A stretch of 64,000 bases of DNA from Podarcis erhardii (taxonomy: Eukaryota), in the NCBI GenBank assembly GCA_964252035.1, contig OZ176209.1. One strand, 5' to 3'. The translations under genes were made by a program, and so were the position numbers. This document shows, in pieces, positions 36,827 to 47,053 of the stretch. The first letter of the stretch is position 1; each line of letters begins with the position of its first letter. A model generated the notes under the pieces. That model worked only from the letters and a program-made list of their open reading frames with translations, was not told the origin of the DNA and did no database searches.

Positions 36827-39800
36827 CAACTAGCAGTTGTTTGAACTTCTGATTATCCAAATGGTTTTGTAGGACCTACATACCGGTATATGTTTCATAG
36901 AAATGGGACTGTAATGGACATAGATCAAGCTGATAAGGATTATTTTTGCCTGGTAATGTGGCTATTCAAAGCAAATGAAATGGGCCTGTTGGTAAAATAT
37001 TCATCATTGTTGAAATGTTTCGATCTCCTTTTAATTATAGAATCAAATAAGTTGAAAGAGGCTATTGTATTCTGCCCAGCTTGTCCCCCACCTGAACCCC
37101 CTAATGGCTCAGATCCAAGGCCAGACAAATACCAGAGAGAGAGTAGTCTGGCCGTGTACACCGTGTACAGTGGCCTCTCCCACTGACAAGTTGGCTAAAC
37201 AGAGAAAATGTCTCAAAGCTTCAGAGAATACACTAGCAGGGGAGTGGCTCACACTACATTTCCGCTAACAGCCTGGCTGCAGAGCCCTAGCTCAAAGTGC
37301 CTGCAGTTCCCTTCCCTGAACTGGGCGGGGGGGGATCACTATGTGACTCCCCTGAGCTCCCAATTCAACACCAGCAGCACCTGACTCTAAAAGGAGCGTT
37401 GTCTACCACCCACTGATAATACTGATCGCCTGTTGGAACAGAGGGGCCACAACCTGGTGCCCTCCCTCGGGGGCCCTCCAGTTACCATTTTTATGGTGCA
37501 TTCATGATAATTTGTGTTGCTTTTGCTATGGGGGTAGGTCACACACAATTCCACTCTCAGTACTGTTTGCACTTAAACATTTTGAACCTTGCACGCTGCT
37601 TCCTTTGCACTCGGCACCGATCCCGAAAGTTCCTCCTGGAATCCCTTAACTTTTTTAATACCCCAAATGTTTTATCTTTGTTCCACTTTTGTTGAATCAC
37701 AGGATTTTGTCGGACAGCAATAATGCAAGGGGAGCATCACATGACAACTAATAAAACGGAATCAATTCACCACTGGTGCACTGTTATTGTGTCAAGAACA
37801 TGTTGCAGGATAAACCCACAATAAAACACTAGTCTGGAGGGGGCCACTACTCCTTAACAGGCAGCAGTAACTCTCTTAGGCAGAATAGGATGGATGCCTG
37901 GCCTACTCAGCTGGCCTAGACAATGAATAGCTTTGAACAGGCTGGAACAGTACCTGGCAAGGTGGCCATTCTAGCCCTTTCCAAAGCTTTGATAGATGGT
38001 TGGAGGTACTTGATTTAGCAGACAGTAGCATGGAGTAAGTGATGAGATGGAGGGAACCCTTCTTAGCTAAAGGATTTCACTACAAATTAATCTTTCCATT
38101 TCAGTCTGTTCTAACACGGGATGCCAGAGTAAAAAAGAATTACTGGTGTCAGTTCACATATTTAGCTACAAATCTTCTCAAGTACCAAGGAATCAAGTAT
38201 TGAAGTGATGTATATGCATGTGTGAACCATCCCTTAGAACTGCAGGCCGGACAAGAAAAATATGTTTGTGGTAATGAGAGATTTTATTTTTTAAAAAATC
38301 CCAATGCTTAAATTACAGTGGGGGGGGAGGGAACCTTCTTAGCTGTTGTTTTTACAAAGCAACAGAGGACATGATTTGGCTAAACTTTAGTGAGTCCAAG
38401 GGTGGGGTTTCTGGATTTCATTAAGCCTCTCCAAACACACAGGCACATTATATTTGTATGTGTGGAAATTATCAGTTGAAACTACTGTTATCCGGTGATG
38501 GGCTTACATGTGAAAACTGGAATACTGAAGAACCCTGTTAGTAAAATTGCAAAATAAAAACAAATATCAACAAGAACTACTTAAGGTGGGTGTAAGAAAG
38601 TAAACATATCAATTTGTGCAAGGTCAGGCTAGGTGCCACCTGGATAAAATAAAAAGATGAACAGGCACCAGTGCTCACTGATGCAAAAAAACCCATTCTC
38701 CCCTTTGTTTAGTTCCTTTAAGTTGCTCCCCTCTCCCCGCCTTGCACTTAGGTAGCACGTGAGACAGAATGTAAGAATTGGAACCAACACACCTGTTCAG
38801 CATCAGTATAAACATATATGAACCAGTACAAGACAAGAAACAACTCAGACTTACACCTAAGTCAAAGATATGAAACAACATTACAATTGTAAGGTGCCAT
38901 AATATATGTGTGCCTCAAATTGGGGGCACCAGAAGCTAGTTACTTCCTAATACTCTGCTTTCTCCACATACCTGAATGACTAAGCATTGCAGCCCAAGGA
39001 TACCAGGTCAGGCAGCAGTAATTGTGTGCTGACACCATCACACCATGTCAGTTGTTGTTCATCTAGCCCTAAAAGCTACAGCCTCAAAGCTCACACATCT
39101 GACTTTTATTAGGAGCAGCAGCAGCAGCAACCCCACTGCCTTCTCTGGAACTCAGACTTTGGCTCAGTTTTGACTATGCTGCTGCCTCTGGCCCCTTGGA
39201 CAGTGATCTGCTTTCCTGAAGCCTGACCTGGCCCCTGAGACCCTAATCTGCTTGCTCTGACCTAGACGGTGCCTGTCCAGACCATGCCCTTGCCTCAGAG
39301 CTTGGTGACCAAGAGCAGAGTCTGGTTAAGGCCTGACAAGATGTGACCTGAGTCCAAGGCAGGAGGTTGAAATGGAAAATGAATCCTCATGACTGGCAGG
39401 CCTCTTTATCAGCATCTCCCATGCCCTATCGGAAGCAGCAAATTGCCTCCATTGCAGCATATTATCCAAAAGAAAAATAGATATTTCATGCTTCAGCTAA
39501 AATAATTAATGCAAGGGAATGACCTGGTGGAAATGGGCTAATTATGCTAAAGACATTGTGAGCATAGAGTGCTGTAGCGCTGCTCATTGTTGATGTGACC
39601 TTGTCTTTCCATCACATATTAAGCATCACAGTGTATTTGAGATAGTAGAAAGTTGCTGTTGATAGAAGGTTCCAGGGCAGGGCAATGCGGTAGGTGAGAA
39701 TGTTTTCTCACTGTGTGATCTCTCAAAAGTTTTGAGACAAAACACTATTCTGAATCAAATGTGTTCAGTTTTCTTTATTAATCCCAAAGCTAACACCCAA

Positions 39801-41117
39801 AACTGTGCTTTACATTGACATGATTTCATTCTTTGGCACAATCCTAGTCCCAGTTCCTACTATAAGCCTAGACACATACAACTGAAATAATGGTGTTATG
39901 CACACCCTAACCTCCAAGCGGGGTGCCCAGAACATAGTTGGTTTTGGTTTCCTTGAACAAAGGTAACTGGAGAGTGAGGGCATTTTCTGCAATGTTAAGA
40001 TTTATTTACACACATTATATATGCAGGCTGAGCATAAGATGGATGGGCTCATAAGTATTAACTCTCCAACAGATCACGGTCCCCCATTAGGAGGGAGCCA
40101 CCAAAGCAATAGTTTTAGATTATGCAGACAGCAAGACAGGCCTCCACCTCTCTTTTTTCATCTCTATTACCAAGACTGTTCTCTTTCAAACACCCCAGTG
40201 ACATCACCTCCAGCCAGGGGAAGGGGAAGAGAGACACGCTCCCTTCTGCTAATCTTCCAGAAGAACCATTGTCCTAGCCTACATTACAAAGCAGACACTT
40301 AGCAGACCTGGCTAAGTGGGAAGCTAGAGGACATCTGAAATGCACAGCATTACGTGCTTGTGGTTTTCACTGAGAACAATAGACTCCAGCTGAGCCTGGG
40401 TGTCTGAATAGCACAGGCCCCATCATGACAAAAGTTGAGGTGTTCTGGGCCTAACAATTAAAATCCCTGAAACCAGTACAAATGCTGCCAATTCTTCCAC
40501 CTCACATTCCCAATATGGTGCTTCGTTGATCATCACACAACATGTTGATTACCTTCTTCAGGTAATGAGGGTGAGATTCCCATGTGGGCTGCCCTCTGGA
40601 ACTGGGGTGGATCTAAACACAGGGAAAAAAACGCTATAAATGAGAAAATTAGATTGTTCTAACAAAAGGGGGGAAAAACTCTGACGGAAAATTACGTTTT
40701 AACATTTCCTGCTCTCTGGCCCCATCTGGTGTTGCATGTTTATAGCGCATACAAATTGCTGTTTCTTTACTAATGTAGCTGAGTCCCTGCATACCAGTAG
40801 ACATTGCAGCCAGAGAGAAGAGTGGGTAGGGGAAGAAGCAAAAATGGGTGGGGCAATGGATGTGGCTCTTACTTTTCTACAGCAGGCTATATTTCAGCCA
40901 GGCAAAAGCCAGAGGTGTCTGTGCATACCCACACACCTCTCTCCATCCATCTAGGTGAGTGAAATGCTATTATCACATTCTGGTCATGTGAAAGCATCTA
41001 AGGAGCAGGGCTGGGTGAGGGATATGACCTGAAGAGACGATGCATGGCCCTGGAGAATCCCAAGCACTGTTTATCCCTCCATTGGCTCTATTCCACACAG
41101 ACCTTGTGTGGTGTATA

Positions 41118-41324
41118 CAGTGGTACCTCAGGTTACATACGCTTCCCAGAAATAGTACCTCGGGTTAAGAACTTTGCTTCAGGATGAGAACAGAAATCAT
41201 GCTCCAGCGGTGCGGCAGCAGCGGGAGGCTCCATTAGCTAAAGTGGTGCTTCAGGTTAAGAACAGTTTCAGGTTAAGTACGGACCTCTGGAACGAATTAA
41301 GTACTTAACCTGAGGTTACCACTG
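41118..41324. mobile_element. Tc1/mariner MITE with internal deletion
   Basis: CAGTGGTACCTC TIR; TA TSDs. Confidence 0.9.
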
Positions 41325-42257
41325 TATTATTATGGCATAAATGCTATAGAAAGCCCAGTAGAACATATGTATCATGGTCTGCTAGGTTTTGTGTTTCTAT
41401 GTATCCAACCTTTAGTAAATATTTTTTACTTAAAGTCAGTGCAAGGGAGGGATTCAACTGATGTCTTTGAACAATCTTATTTCTCTTTATGTGGGGTATA
41501 TTTGCATTAATGAAAGCATATTTGCTGGAAACTCTCATCAAGTTGCAGACAATGTTGTTTGTAGACTGGGCACACCTGCATCCAGCTGTTAGCCCATGTT
41601 TCCTGAATTCTATTCAGCCCAACAATGGGAAAAACATTGTTTTCTTATTTTTCCCCTCACAATATTGCACGTCACTTGTATACTGTACTGATCTTACCCT
41701 GTTCTCTTCTAGCCATTCCAGCAGAGCGGGGATTTGCATTGTTAGGGGATAATTTCTCTTAAAAACAAATGGAGGAAAAACATAATTTAAGCCTTTCCTC
41801 ACAGAGGGTAAACACTTATACACTGTTTTGTTTTGAAACTGATACCTAACCACTGGCAAGCAAGTTCAGCTCAGGGGATTTTTCTGAGCATGAATCAAGG
41901 CCAAAGAATTCCTAAGCTTGCTTTCATAATGCAACCTCAGTTCACAACAGACAGGGCCTATTCAAATGATACATGTTTTCCACTTCAGAGTATTATCAGG
42001 CCCACAATTATTATTACTATAGCTATTTATATATTCACTGTTGAAAGTGAACTAATATTTCCTGAGAATTCCCATGATGTTATTTTGGCACATCAAGTTT
42101 GTTTTTGCATTCATTCATTCATTCATTCATTCAAAATAGTTTTATTTAGCCGTCCCATAGTAAACAACCCTCAGGACAGCTCACAACATTTTAAAAGAAC
42201 AACAAATATAACAAAGATTCAAATTACAAAATAAGAGGCAAGTCTCTTACTTTGTTT

Positions 42258-42277
42258 TTATTATTATTATTATTATT
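42258..42277. repeat. (TTA)n microsatellite
   Basis: Direct reading. Confidence 0.85.
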
Positions 42278-42337
42278 GTGTTTTAAATACGTAGCAAGCC
42301 ACCTCAAGAACTATAGTTGACAGCCAGGCTTTAAATA

Positions 42338-42571
42338 CAGTGGTACTTCAGGTTAAGTACTTAATTCATTCCGGAGGTCCATTCTTAAGCTGAAACTGTT
42401 CTTAACCTGAAGCACCACTTTAGCTAATGAGGCCTCCTGATGACGCCAGAGCACGATTTCTGTTCTCATCCTGAAGCAAAGTTCTTAATCTGAAGCACTA
42501 TTTCTGGGTTAGCAGAGTCTGTAACCTGAAGCGTATGTAACCTGAAGCGTGTGTAACCTGAGGTACCACTG
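42338..42571. mobile_element. Tc1/mariner MITE
   Basis: TIRs and TA TSDs; same family as 14566. Confidence 0.9.
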
Positions 42572-43798
42572 TACTCCAAAATAAATCAAATTGTAACAAC
42601 TTACAGTGCAATCCTACAAACGTCTACTCTTAATCAGTTTCATTCAGTGAGGCTTATTCTCAGGTACTGTGATAGGAATGCATGCTGAGCAGTCAGCAGA
42701 CAGGCACAGCACAAACCAATACAGAAAATAAGGAAGGTAGCAAGTTCTGATCCTGCTCTGTTAAATTCACCATAGATGTCTCAGCTAACCTATCAAAAAA
42801 GACATACAGTATGTACTTATTATTTCTTTAACAAGATTTACAGTCTGCTTAATAATAATAATAAGTCTTGGGTAAAGGACTTACATAAAATAGTATATTC
42901 ATGAGAAAATACTGATAAAATTGATAAATTTTAAAACAAATAGAATATAGATAAAATAAACAGTTTAAGAAAAAGCACATATAATAAAATTACATGTCTG
43001 CATAGGCTTGCCTAAACACAATTCTTCTTAGCAGGCGCGAAAACAACACAACGATGGCAATTATTGCATATGGCTGCTTGTTGTATTGCAGACACTGATA
43101 TTTACAGAGGAAATATATGGAGCCACATGCAATTAAATGAGTCTGGCCATGTTACAGCCTTGACTGATATTGTGACTTCCCATTAATACCAGTCCTAATA
43201 TTCTTTATGCAGCACACTTTCCCTGCCATGCTGCCATTAATAAAAGCATGTTCAGCTCTTTGAGTAGTAGTTCCTTGTTTGGATCTTCAAAAATATTTAA
43301 TAAAAGAAGCTTAGGCTCTAAGAATACTTTCTGATTAAGTGTGACAGACTTCTGCAAACCATAAAAATAGAAGAACAGCAGTCACAGTAGACAATAAAAT
43401 TTAGCAGAGCAGATAATATAATATTTATTGAAGTTTCAAATAAGACAGATACACAAAAAGACAAAGAAAACACACAAAACAAGTATACTTTCAGTCCTTA
43501 TTTTCTTATACCTTATTTCCCACGACTTCCTCCCGCCTCCCCTTCCTGTATTCCAGTTCCAAATATTAGTTCAACAAGTTCTTAAGTTTTTTACCTTATT
43601 TCATTGTTATATCCGTCCTTCTACTTAAACCCTTTTTCCAAGGTCGAATTTCCCAATTTTATATTAATACCAAACCAAAAATACAAAATAAGAAATATAT
43701 ATAAAAAAAAGTATTTATACAACCTTTGGATTGATCAAACCCCACCCTCCCTTTCCCGGTTTCGATCCCCAAACCAATGTCCATCAGTCCATATGCTA

Positions 43799-44449
43799 TC
43801 AGCCTGGCGATCTCACATCAGAGGCTTTTAAGTCTCTCTCAGTTCCTCTTTGCCGGTTCTTTGGATAGTCCTTCATATTAAAGCCCAAGTCTCGGAGGAG
43901 TACAATCCCAAAAAAGTCCATATTTCTTCCAGCCAGGCCTCCATGTTTAAAAGAATTGATGAATTTAAATGTCCCAAGCGCTCGAACATCCATCTTAATC
44001 AAATTAGTAATCCACAAGTCTTCAGGTCTCCTTCTAGATAGGTCTCTCCATTCTTCCTTCTCCAATTCAAGCCAAATCTTCATCACCCAGTTCTTATTTT
44101 CCTTTGTGACCTTCCTGCCAGGCCTCTGGCCTTCCTTAGCCTTCTGCAACATTATAACTCCTCCTTCCTTTCCCTCCAGATCCTCATATTTCTCTTCCAC
44201 TTGTTCCACTTTCTCAAGTTTGTCAAGTTTCTTTTCCTGCTCAGCTGCAAAGTCTTTTAATTCCGCTACAGGGGCTTTTGGTTCAAAGACAAAGACTTGA
44301 GTCAAGTCCCTTCCATTTCCAGTAAAGTTATTTACTGTTTCATTCAGTCCCATGACCCCTGTAGCCAAAATATTACTTTGTTCTTGAAGCTTTCCCAAGA
44401 GATAAAATGTCTTGTTCAACTCAGTGAGTATTTTTCCACTTCCAGCCAT
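43799..44449 (-). CDS. Intact 216-aa ORF of the ORF2-less retroposon; likely a derived L1 ORF1p (E/K-rich coiled-coil-like segment plus RRM-like remnant)
   Basis: Strong Kozak context AGAATGG with an in-frame upstream stop; gapless similarity to the 27005-27472 ORF; shared RSPG-stop end. Confidence 0.7.
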   Translation of the reverse strand: MAGSGKILTELNKTFYLLGKLQEQSNILATGVMGLNETVNNFTGNGRDLTQVFVFEPKAPVAELKDFAAEQEKKLDKLEKVEQVEEKYEDLEGKEGGVIMLQKAKEGQRPGRKVTKENKNWVMKIWLELEKEEWRDLSRRRPEDLWITNLIKMDVRALGTFKFINSFKHGGLAGRNMDFFGIVLLRDLGFNMKDYPKNRQRGTERDLKASDVRSPG

Positions 44450-44949
44450 TCTTGCAGTGTCCCAAAACCCCCTCTAGAGGGATTATGGATATTTACTATC
44501 CTTCTAATTCCAGTCCCAAAAACAAAATAACTTATTTTTCAACGATTTATAACCAAAATGTAACAAATCCAACTGGCAAAGGCAGCAAAAACAATGTTGC
44601 TTTGTATTCCCCAACTTTGACAGCTACTTTTGACAGCTGTCAAAGTCTTCTGTATCTTTCCAACAGGCTCTCTCGCTGATCACTCCCGGGTCCCGGGGGG
44701 TTATGCAGCTCTCAAAATCCACTCTTATCCTCCAGCAAAATTACTTATACTGTCCAATCGTGAAATTGATGACTTTGTTCCGTTACAATGAGAGATATTC
44801 TCTCGACCTTAGTTATTTAGTCCTTGCTTTAAGTTGTCTACAAGAGGGGAAGACGGACTTCCTTTTTGTATCTTCCCCGGTCGTTCCAAATTCCAAGAAA
44901 AAAATTCCTTTTTAAGTCCAATTTCTATATTACTCACGGGTTGTTGCTT

Positions 44950-45249
44950 TTTAGTCCGAATGTTCTCAGGAAAAAGTCAGCGCTCTCCGTCCATGGCATG
45001 CGGCTTCGCTCAGCAGGGGAAGCAGAGGACTCTCAGCACCGCGCCGCTCCCGTCCCCCGTCCCGAAGCCTTTAAAAAGGCTCCTTCGCAGGTCGGGGGGG
45101 CGCAAATGGTGCCCGCCGAGTCACCAAGTCCACAGGCTTCTGCGCCTGTGGTTTCTAAGGGTCCCCACATCGCCGGCGCGGCAGAACCCGATCCCTGCGG
45201 ATCCGATTCCCTCCGGAGCTCGGAGGGAATCCGCCATTAGACGTTGGCG
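44950..45249 (-). promoter_or_regulatory. CpG-rich putative internal Pol II promoter of the retroposon
   Basis: Dense CpGs relative to the flanks; YY1-like TAATGGCGG near the 5' end; internal promoters are established for L1 5' UTRs. Confidence 0.55.
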
Positions 45250-45336
45250 AATAAAATTTAGCAGAGCAGATAAAGCCACGGTTAAAAGCAGCTTACACCA
45301 CATGCTAGAGTGTAACTTTTAAGAAAACAAACTCAC

Positions 45337-45506
45337 CTGGTGCCAGAATGACATGAAAGATGAAGAGGGCATTCCATAAGTGATGGGCCTTTCCTCCAGT
45401 CATCCTCTGCTTAACATCAAATGATGGGAAGATGCAGAAAAGGGTCTCTGGTGGTTCTGATGGCAAAACATTTGGGTGTGTTTTGAATTCTAAGTGAACC
45501 GATTTC
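45337..45506 (-). other. Candidate 170-nt exon of an unidentified transcript
   Basis: Acceptor TTTGCTTTCAG| and consensus donor CCAG|GTGAGT; one stop-free frame; protein not recognised. Confidence 0.3.
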
Positions 45507-46211
45507 CTGAAAGCAAACCTATTTCTTTCAATTGTACTCCAAATTTCCCCTGAATCCTCCTGCACTTACCGGTGCTCTTGTCTTGTTATATGCCACGGTT
45601 AGAATGATACTTTGGTTTTATTTTGGAGAAACTGGAATACATACTAATGTAGCATTATTTGAGCAACAGGGCCACCTGGGATCACGTTCTGTTCAAACAA
45701 GCCATTTTCTCACCAGTATCAAGCAAAGGGTGGGGGAGACACAGTTTGGTAAATTTGCAGCAGAAGCCAGCTGTATGCAGTACTGATTCGCTGATCTCTA
45801 GGGTGGCCAATTATGCATTGCCAAAGAAAGAGAGGCACACTTCACCAAAATAATGACATAGTTGCGTAATGTTTGCATATCTTAATTTATATTAATTTAA
45901 CACATGCACATTTATGAATATAATTTAAATAGAAATATAATTTATAATAACATAAGAATGATAGAACATCCCACTCTAGCGGAGAAGATTTTGGTTAGGT
46001 TGCCTGTGGTCGTGTTCAGTCTGCTGCCCAGGTGCTTTTCTACCTGTTGATGAGCCAGCATGCTGTACTGATTAGAGTGCCAGACTGGGACCTGGAAAGC
46101 CATACCTGTTCTGCAAAATAAATGAGGGGGAGAACCATGTATGTCACCTTACCTCCTTGAAGACAAAGGTGGGATATAGATGTGATCAACAAACAAACTT
46201 CATGGCCCACC

Positions 46212-46398
46212 CAGTGGTGGAGCTTCATGCTCCGGCACCGGGGGGGGGGCAGGGCAGAGAGCAGGCAGGGGCAGGGCTGGTTTGCATCCCAGGGTTGTGG
46301 CACCCAGCACAAGTGGGGGAGCAGCCATGATGGCACCCCACTGGGATCGCGCTGCCGGGGGGGGGTGGTCCCTCCGCACTCCTTTTCCTTTGCCAGTG
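46212..46398. mobile_element. hAT MITE
   Basis: CAGTGGTGGAGC start; perfect 8-bp TSD GGCCCACC (46204-46211 and 46399-46406). Confidence 0.85.
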
Positions 46399-46418
46399 GG
46401 CCCACCCTGCTCTCCCTC

Positions 46419-46794
46419 TGTCACAGTCTGGTCTACAAGCGATCAAAGTCCTGGCTGAGGACATCGGGACCCAGGACAAGATGGCAGAGTGGGAAAAGGA
46501 ATGAGAGTCCAGAAGCCAGGGGTCCAAGGGTCAGGAAGCAGGGAATCATGAAGTCAAAGGTCAAGAAGCAAGGAGCCAAACGCAGCAAGGCAGGAAACAT
46601 GTTGCTGAGGCAAAGAGCCGAAGGGAAATGCTGACCTTATATCCCTTCCCGGCTCTTGCTACCAGGTGCAGTGAGTTACCAAGTGGCCTTACCTGTGCGG
46701 CTGCGCCTTGCCTCTCCAGAACAAACTTAGGAAGGCCCCAGTCTTGTGAAGCTCTACTGGTCACAGGGTCTGGCTCCTGCACGCACTCCTGACA
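46419..46794. mobile_element. Solo LTR (376 bp, Gypsy/ERV type)
   Basis: TGTCA...TGACA termini; perfect 5-bp TSD CCCTC; TATAAGG on the minus strand. Confidence 0.85.
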
Positions 46795-46811
46795 CCCTCT
46801 TTACGGTTGTA

Positions 46812-47053
46812 CAGTGGTATCTCGGGTTACATACGCTTCAGGTTACATACACTTCAGGTTACAGACTCCGCTAACCCAGAAATAGTACCTCAGGTTAAGA
46901 ACTTTGCTTCAGGATGAGAACAGAAATCGTGCTCCGGCGGCGCGGCAGCAGCAGGAGGCCCCATTAGCTAAAGTGGTGCTTCAGGTTAAGAACAGTTTCA
47001 GCTTAAGAACGGACCTCCAGAACAAATTAAGTACTTAACCTGAAGTACCACTG
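46812..47053. mobile_element. Tc1/mariner MITE
   Basis: TIRs and TA TSDs. Confidence 0.9.

Larger units (their letters stand above)
43417..45249 (-). mobile_element. Near full-length ORF2-less L1-derived retroposon (HAL1-like), 1833 bp
   Basis: Perfect 24-bp TSD AATAAAATTTAGCAGAGCAGATAA (43393-43416 and 45250-45273); CpG-rich 5' end; 800-nt 5' UTR; single 216-aa ORF; 382-nt 3' UTR ending AATAAA-TATTATA. Confidence 0.9.

Noticed and set aside
39046-39338. Possible old solo LTR (TGTCAG...CTGACA)
   Set aside because: No matching TSD (CACCA vs AGATG); boundaries cannot be supported
44834-45322. 162-aa and 124-aa plus-strand ORFs
   Set aside because: They are antisense to the GC-rich retroposon 5' UTR, the longer one runs through the TSD into the flank, and neither has recognisable motifs
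45507-45569. GTAAGT...AG mini-intron upstream of the candidate exon
   Set aside because: 63 nt is below the usual vertebrate minimum, and there is no supporting upstream acceptor
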